Program-made: the position numbers and the translations under genes
Shown: positions 1 to 5,064 of the stretch, piece by piece
Layout of the letters: the number at the start of each line of letters is the position of its first letter
Position numbering within the stretch: position 1 is the first letter of the stretch
DNA from: Paraspadella gotoi
Lineage: Eukaryota; Animalia; Chaetognatha
Direction of reading: 5' to 3'
Length of the DNA stretch: 5,064 bases
Assembly: GCA_051294375.1 (NCBI GenBank)
Contig: JBJCIZ010001536.1
Location: forward strand, 1-5,064
Notes under the pieces: model-generated
What the model was told of the DNA's origin: nothing
Seen by the model: only the letters and a program-made list of their open reading frames with translations
Databases searched by the model: none

Positions 1-303
1 GCGTCGGGTTACCTTCAATTACAATTTGAAATAATTAGAACACCGAGACGATTAATTTACAATTTTCCTCGGAGGTTTCTGGATTTAATATATATTTATT
101 ATATGACTATAACTGATCTAGGAAAACGTATTGAACCATTTTTTAAGGTTCAAGTAGTTTTGACCTAACTATAATAATATGATAAGAAGACAATACATGA
201 ACGGGACGATGTCACAAATCCAATAATGTGGTGTTTGCTGACGTCCTAGCTTCTGATCACGACGTAATTTTACATCAATATTGTCAATTTCAAAAAAATT
301 GCA

Positions 304-520
304 TTTTTTTCTTTCTTTCTTTATAATCTCAGATCAAAGTCAACTTTGTGCTTTTCTTTCTTCCTTTGCTTTACCTTCCCTCTTTCATTTATCTTCTTCT
401 CTTGCTTTACCTTCTATCCTTTCTTTTTTTCCTTTATCCTTTTTTTGTTTTATTTTCCCTTTGTTTCCTTTTATATTTTTCCTTATTCGTCCCTTTTTGC
501 TTCACATTCTCTATTCTCAT
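304..520. repeat. Low-complexity polypyrimidine (T/C-rich) tract containing a 13-bp direct repeat
   Basis: Almost all T/C on the + strand. TTGCTTTACCTTC occurs at 366-378 and 402-414. Confidence 0.8.
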
Positions 521-576
521 GTTAATCAAGCGACATGTTTTCGTTTTATCGTCCGTCCGCTCGGTCGTTGTTGTTT

Positions 577-633
577 TCGTCGTCATCGTCGTCGTCATCG
601 CCGTCGTCGTACGTCATCGCCGTCGTCGTCGTC
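577..633. repeat. Imperfect (CGT/GAC)n trinucleotide microsatellite
   Basis: About 18 units with CAT/CGC variants. CGTCATCGCCGTCGTCGT occurs twice in near-tandem. Confidence 0.92.
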
Positions 634-795
634 TTTCAGTGTCTTGATACTTTTCATCCAGTCTTAAAATTCACCACCTAATCTAATTTCACCTAAGTCT
701 CTCACTTAATCACATCTCACTCTTCATTGCACAGCTTCATTACTTCTCACTGCCCTCGTGTAATCCTATACAGCATACTCTATACAGTATACACG

Positions 796-801
796 TATAT
801 A
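796..801 (+). promoter_or_regulatory. Candidate TATA-like box for the 821-1111 element
   Basis: TATATA starts 25 nt upstream of G821, where the GC island and its first helix begin. Such motifs are common by chance in AT-rich DNA. Confidence 0.25.
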
Positions 802-820
802 TTTTTGATAAGCGCATTAA

Positions 821-1111
821 GTGGGCCTGAACGTAACTTCTGTGCCCCCTCAGCAGCAATGGAAGGAGTCCTGGCTTGAACCAGCGCGAGAGGTTTTTCA
901 GGCCCCACGGCCGCGGCTTACGGCCTGTCCTCTATGTTCCCCCAGGAAGTACCGGAGGTTGCGGATTGAACCCGGCGGGCCGGAGATTCGAAGTCGCTTG
1001 CCAAAGGGAACCACAAGTCCGTTGAAGGCGATTGACATGACGCCTCTCCGGGCCCCCTTTGACCACGAGGCTCTAGCTCGTGGCTGACTCGTGGCCCTTG
1101 TTTGTTTTTTT
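821..1111. ncRNA. Candidate structured non-coding RNA (~280-290 nt), family unassigned; a SINE-like insertion is the alternative
   Basis: 172 of 280 bases are G/C over 821-1100, within AT-rich flanks. Helices: 821-831/897-908 (one bulge), 836-842/889-895, 871-874/881-884, 909-913/921-925, 977-986/1045-1055 (one bulge), 1026-1030/1041-1045, 1063-1069/1077-1083. T-run at 1105-1111. Strand is unresolved. Confidence 0.5.
1105..1111 (+). terminator. Candidate RNA polymerase III oligo(T) terminator
   Basis: T7 run, preceded by TTGTTTG, directly after the last hairpin of the GC island. It is meaningful only if the element is transcribed on +. Confidence 0.3.
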
Positions 1112-1258
1112 AATTTGTAGACAATTAAATTACTGTTAGTATGCATACACGGAGTTGTGAACAGTGAAGACTGAAGATGGAGAAGTTAATGAACAGTCGT
1201 AAATCAGCATGTGCGTAGAAGAGGTAGTACGTAGTATTCGACTAACAGGCCGGGACTT

Positions 1259-1337
1259 CTCTCTCTCTCTCTCTCTCTCTCCTCTCTCCTCTCTCTCTCT
1301 CTCTCCTCTCTCTCTGCTCTCTCTCTCTTCATTCTCT
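1259..1337. repeat. Imperfect (CT)n microsatellite
   Basis: CT run with single-base indels. Confidence 0.95.
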
Positions 1338-1365
1338 TTTCTAAGCGTATATTTTCAAGAAACGA

Positions 1366-1403
1366 GTCGTCGTCGTCGTCGTTCATTAATCGTCCTCGTC
1401 GTC
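1366..1403. repeat. (GTC)n microsatellite with degenerate extension
   Basis: (GTC)5GT at 1366-1382, then CGTCCTCGTCGTC at 1391-1403. Confidence 0.85.
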
Positions 1404-1449
1404 CTCCCTCATCTGCGTGAAGAAAAAGAACTGAAGCTTAAACTATTAC

Positions 1450-1612
1450 TCTCCCTCTTGTTTTTCTTCTTTCCATTTAATTTCGCTCTCTCCTTCCATC
1501 TCCTTTCTCTTCTTCTTTTTTATTTTCTTTGTCCCTTCCATCTCTCGTCTTGTTCTTTTTCTTTTGTTCTTCCATCTCCTTCTCTTGATTCTATTCTACT
1601 TCTTCTTCTTCC
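1450..1612. repeat. Low-complexity polypyrimidine tract
   Basis: TC/TTC-rich with very few purines. Confidence 0.8.
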
Positions 1613-1678
1613 GAAAGAGAGACTTCTAAAAGTTATGTCTCAATTCTCACGCGCTTGGTCCCACAGTTTTTTTTTTTG

Positions 1679-1760
1679 GAGGAGAGAGAGAGAGAGAGAG
1701 ATGAGAAGACGGAATCAGACGAGAGAGAGAGAAATCGAGGAGAGCAGAGAGAGGAGAGAG
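1679..1760. repeat. Interrupted (GA)n microsatellite
   Basis: GA runs interrupted by short motifs such as GACG and ATCGA. Confidence 0.92.
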
Positions 1761-1957
1761 TGAAGGGGCCTCTGGAATAAAGATTGAAAACAGCAAAAAG
1801 GATTTAATTAAAATATTTTTGAAAAAAGGAAAGAAATAATATGATGAAAAAGATTTCCTTGAAATGAAGCTAAAAATCAGAAAAGAGAAAAAAGTGTAGA
1901 AAAGCGTTTATGATTCTCCATGAACGGAATCAAATAGAAAAGATGGAAGGAAAAATG

Positions 1958-2019
1958 GAGAGGGAGAGAGAGAGAGAGAGAGCAGAAGAGAGAGACGAGA
2001 GAGAGAGAGAGATATCGAG
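1958..2019. repeat. Interrupted (GA)n microsatellite
   Basis: GA runs with GCA, GACG and ATATCG interruptions. Confidence 0.92.
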
Positions 2020-2337
2020 AGCAAAACAAGCAAAAAGGAACTCAGAGAGTTAAAGGCGAAGCATGTGCAAGCAGAAGCACATGGTAGGAAAAAATAGTTT
2101 GGCTTCACAACAAAGACGGCGGAATATATAACTGATTGGTATTTACGATCACATTATGAAGTTGAGAAATACTTAAAGCATAACCGATAAATAAGTAGCT
2201 GATAAGTAAAGTTACAATTAAAAAGACCTTAGCAGCTCAAAATACAGCACTCAAACAGAACAAGAGAGAGTGAGCGAGTACTTCGTTTTAAGGAACTATC
2301 TGTCTTGCGGTAATCATAAAAAGATAGAGTACGATTG

Positions 2338-2424
2338 GGAGGGAGGAGAGAGAGAGAGAGAAGAAGAGAGAGAGAGAGAGAGAAGAGAGAGGAGAGAGAG
2401 AGAGAGGAGAGAGAGATAGAGAGA
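2338..2424. repeat. (GA)n microsatellite, near-pure purine tract
   Basis: About 87 nt of purines with a single T. Confidence 0.95.
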
Positions 2425-2820
2425 TTTTATGAAATTAGTACAACCGATAAAAAATGATATCCATTGATTTAATAAATAAGCTGCTCTTGCCTCTGTCTTT
2501 GGCCTTTGGCCTCTGCTTTGGCACAGGGTTCATTGTGCTTTCAAGGCCCTCCATCCACTCTTAAAATAGAATGACATAGCAAGTCCCTGCAAGCTTTCAA
2601 TCAAGACTCTCTCACAGTCTCGTTAATCACTCCGCCCAGAGACCTGGATTCGCCACTCAGATGAAGTTTGATATTTTCAAAGAATGTTTCAATTGGTATG
2701 AGAAGAGTTATGTACTACCCAATTGAATAATTTTCAAGTTCGTGAATTGTAAATGATTTGGAAAAAATGAAATAATCAAAAAAACTACTTTTGGTAGATT
2801 TCAAAACAAGGAAAAAGAAC

Positions 2821-2867
2821 CAATGACATTAAAAAAAAACAATGACAATTAAAAAAAATGACATTTA
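2821..2867. repeat. Short tandem repeat, three copies of AATGACA(A)TT-(A)n
   Basis: AATGACATT at 2822, AATGACAATT at 2841, AATGACATT at 2857. Confidence 0.8.
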
Positions 2868-3363
2868 GAAAACAACAACAAACAAGACAGATATATTTTA
2901 AAACCAGTAACTGTTGACGGTTCACCGTCTTGACCTCTTTATTACGTGTGGATTCGTCCTCATTGTGACGTCAAGAAAACACGACCCCGAATGAAAATTG
3001 ACGTTTAAACTGCGTGAAACTTCGACGTCGACGTGCTGAATGATGGGCCTGGTGAAATGGTTTAGGCGTGAGATGGGGCGGCGGTTGATTCAAATGGCAG
3101 TGATTAACATGTTGTGTTGAAATTGGGTAAAATTATTCCTTTCATTCACGCCATTGAGGGTTTTAGCCAAATTCGATTGAAAAGATATCTCAATATAGCA
3201 GGACCTTGTAGTTTCGAATCAAGAACACCCAGTGAATTGTGCACTTCTCATTGGTTTACATGAAAATTAAAAATGGAATAATATTTTGTCATCGTTATTT
3301 AACTTAATGAAAATTGTACTTATGTATCAACCTTTATTACAACATATTAAAAGAGTGACTGAT

Positions 3364-3440
3364 GAGAGCAGAAGAGAGAGAGAGATAGAGAGAGAAGAGA
3401 GAGAAGATGCAGAGAGAAGAGAGAGAGAAAGGCAGAGAGA
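3364..3440. repeat. Interrupted (GA)n microsatellite
   Basis: GA runs with short interruptions. Confidence 0.92.
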
Positions 3441-3523
3441 CGCCTTTCTTTCTTCACAGATTTATCTCTTGACAATCAAAGTTTCTCGCTCATCAACTTA
3501 TCGCTTCAGTCGCTCCCTTCGCA

Positions 3524-3830
3524 CTCTCTCTCTCTCCTCTCTCTCTCTTCTCTCTCTTCTTCATCTCTCTCTCCTCTTCTCCTCTCTCTCTCTCTCATCT
3601 TTTACTATCTTCCTTTCAACCCCCTCAACACTCTCTCTCTCTCTCTCCTCTCTTCTCTCTCTCTTTCTCTTCTCTCTCCTTTCTTTTACTAGTCTTCCTT
3701 TAAAACCCCTCACTCACTCACTCAACTCACTCACTCACTCACTCACTCACTCACTCTCTCCTTCCTCTCTTCCTCTCTCTCTCTCTCTCTCTCTCTCTAC
3801 CTATCTTCCTTTCAACCCCTCACACACTCA

Positions 3831-3870
<40 letters not shown>

Positions 3871-3957
3871 CTCTTCTCTCTCTTTCTTTTACTATCTTCT
3901 TAAACCTCCTCACTCACTCACTCACTCACTCACTCCACTCTCTCTCTCCTCCTCTCG

Positions 3958-3989
<32 letters not shown>

Positions 3990-3990
3990 C
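3524..3990. repeat. Compound minisatellite: (CT)n + conserved core + (CTCA)n, four units in A-B-A-B order
   Basis: A core resembling TTTTACTATCTTCCTTT(C/A)AACCCCTCA occurs at 3600-3627, 3684-3712, 3798-3822 and 3887-3912. Long (CTCA)n runs follow cores 2 and 4. Confidence 0.9.
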
Positions 3991-4053
3991 ACCCTGCCTC
4001 CCAAATTCGTACACGCACGCACACGACAGGCAGAAGAAAAAACAATTTTTCTA

Positions 4054-4084
4054 CGCACGCCGCACGCACGCACGCACGCACGCA
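4054..4084. repeat. (CGCA)n tetranucleotide microsatellite
   Basis: (CGCA)6 at 4061-4084 plus a partial run at 4054-4060. A related run lies at 4008-4025. Confidence 0.9.
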
Positions 4085-4196
4085 AGCCATCCCCACAAAA
4101 GAGGAGGGAATTTAATTATGAGACCAAAAAAAGGAGGCGTTCGCCATTAGAAGGAAAAAGGGACCGAAAAAAATGAGTTGTGGCTGATCTTTTTTT

Positions 4197-4264
4197 GTGG
4201 TTGTTCTTTTTGTAGTTGTTCTCTTTGTTCTGTAAGTTGTTCTTTAACGTAGTCGTTCTCTTTG
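4197..4264. repeat. Degenerate tandem repeat, four copies of ~GTAGTTGTTCTCTTT
   Basis: Copies start at 4197, 4212, 4232 and 4249. Confidence 0.8.
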
Positions 4265-4424
4265 CAATCATTTTCTTAACCGAAACTCTAAATCACCAAT
4301 CCCCAACTTACGACGCCGGCTGCATTTATTTTTCAGAAGTAATTGAACATTTAAAAGCTTTCAGTAAATAAAAGGTGATCTTGGGTTATTTCTTTCTTGC
4401 CCTGACCGAGCATTATAAAAGAGC

Positions 4425-4516
4425 GACGGGGAAGCGAGACTCATTCAGGCCCTCGGTTTGAAGCGAGAGAGATTCGCTGCTCCGTCATACGGAAAGGGGC
4501 CTTCGATGACCATTTT
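4425..4516 (+). ncRNA. Candidate small structured RNA, unassigned
   Basis: GC-enriched patch after TATAAAA (4414-4420). Helices 4447-4453/4496-4502, 4462-4466/4474-4478 and 4481-4485/4489-4493, or an alternative long hairpin 4425-4486. G-U pairs favour +. TTTT at 4513-4516. Confidence 0.3.
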
Positions 4517-4675
4517 GCTATTTTGTTGATATTCACAATAAAAAAAGTCGGCAATGGATATTGTTTTTTTGACTTCGGCAATTTGAATTGAGAATTTGAT
4601 TTGAATTTGAAAACTTAAAAAAGACAAGAACCGACAACAACAATCAAGATCATGATTGAGACTAAGATAACATAA

Positions 4676-4820
4676 GATTATTATACATAATTTAATTCAA
4701 TATTCTTATCTTTTTAAAGTATTAAAATTAATCACCAAAGTTTTATTTCAGTTTCTAAAATTAAAAATATATAATTTAAAATTTAAAATTAAAATTATAG
4801 TTAAAAAAATGTAAAAAATG
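4676..4820. other. Extremely AT-rich low-complexity tract
   Basis: Repeated AAAATT/TTTAAA blocks with very few G or C. Confidence 0.75.
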
Positions 4821-4950
4821 TCTTATCCAATATCCAAAAATAACTCGATATTTTTCTCTCCAAAAATCGACTTAGTCAGATGCCAAATTGGTAGACTCGT
4901 CTGTCAACATTTTTGCCCAAGCTTCTCACGATAATTACCTTTCTGGTTAA

Positions 4951-4984
4951 AATGAATGAATGAATAAATTGAATGACTGAATGA
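4951..4984. repeat. Degenerate (AATG)n microsatellite
   Basis: AATGAATGAATGAATAAATTGAATGACTGAATGA. Confidence 0.75.
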
Positions 4985-5064
4985 GACCCATGAGATTAAA
5001 TAAACATATACTAATCTAGGGATATTTTGTCTTTTGTTATGTGAATGAAAAACCAATAAAAAAA

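Noticed and set aside
1-168. Open frame from the window edge (ASGYLQLQFEIIRTPRR...VVLT*) as the 3' end of a gene
   Set aside because: Only 55 codons with no recognisable homology. It cannot be judged without upstream sequence.
281-667. ORFs 281-667 and 348-647 as membrane proteins
   Set aside because: The F/L/S richness and R/V runs come from T-rich and (CGT)n tracts that lack stop codons. Both use TTG starts.
670-792. Short duplications (CACCTAA/CACTTAA; CTATACAG(C/T)ATAC at 766-778 and 780-792) as a snRNA-type proximal element
   Set aside because: The position is compatible, but there is no species consensus to compare against and slippage explains them equally well.
821-1111. Assignment to SRP RNA, 7SK, RNase P/MRP, U3, telomerase RNA or an HDV-like ribozyme
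   Set aside because: No SRP helix-8 motif with GNRA loop, no paired GATC motifs, no CR-I/CR-V pair, no U3 boxes, no telomere-template permutation, and no complete HDV-like topology found by eye.
821-1146. ORFs 821-1087 (+) and 898-1146 (-)
   Set aside because: No recognisable domain, the + ORF starts with GTG, and open frames are expected in GC-rich DNA. Not fully excluded as an exon.
1204-2108. ORFs 1204-1386, 1209-1763 and 1908-2108
   Set aside because: Dominated by translated (CT)n/(GA)n repeats giving LS and ER runs.
3359-3375. CTGATGA as a hammerhead ribozyme core or C box
   Set aside because: Followed directly by a GA microsatellite, with no stem II/GAAA arrangement or D box.
3286-3903. 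205-aa ORF
   Set aside because: Read-through of (GA)n, (CT)n and (CTCA)n microsatellites with a TTG start.
3600-3912. CRISPR array or telomeric repeats (AAAACCCC, AACCCC)
   Set aside because: Spacers are microsatellites of variable length and no cas genes are present. The telomere-like words are isolated, not tandem.
4410-4516. U6atac snRNA, suggested by AGGCCCTCGG, CATACGG and ACCATTTT
   Set aside because: The 5' AAGGAGA box and the following AGC catalytic stem-loop are absent, so the resemblance is limited to short words.
4445-4627. 60-aa minus-strand ORF
   Set aside because: Short, TTG start and no recognisable motif. It could still be an exon fragment, but nothing supports that.

Overview
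AT-rich, microsatellite-dense, apparently eukaryotic and mostly non-coding DNA (protist- or invertebrate-like by inference; CpG is not visibly depleted). I recognise no protein-coding gene. Most supplied ORFs are read-throughs of (CT)n, (GA)n, (CGT)n or T-rich tracts. There is no rRNA, canonical tRNA, CRISPR array or transposase. The strongest non-repeat signal is a sharply bounded ~280 bp GC island (821-1100, 61% GC by my count). It has nested helices, a possible pseudoknot, a TATA-like box ~25 nt upstream and a T7 run downstream, so it is a candidate Pol III-type structured RNA that I cannot assign to a known family. A second, smaller candidate at ~4414-4516 has a TATA box, a three-way-junction fold and a T4 end. 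Also present: a compound minisatellite with ~200 bp higher-order periodicity (3524-3990), an ACGT-motif cluster (2944-3034), and a protein-like frame interrupted only by TAA/TAG (2454-2726). All folds were derived by eye.
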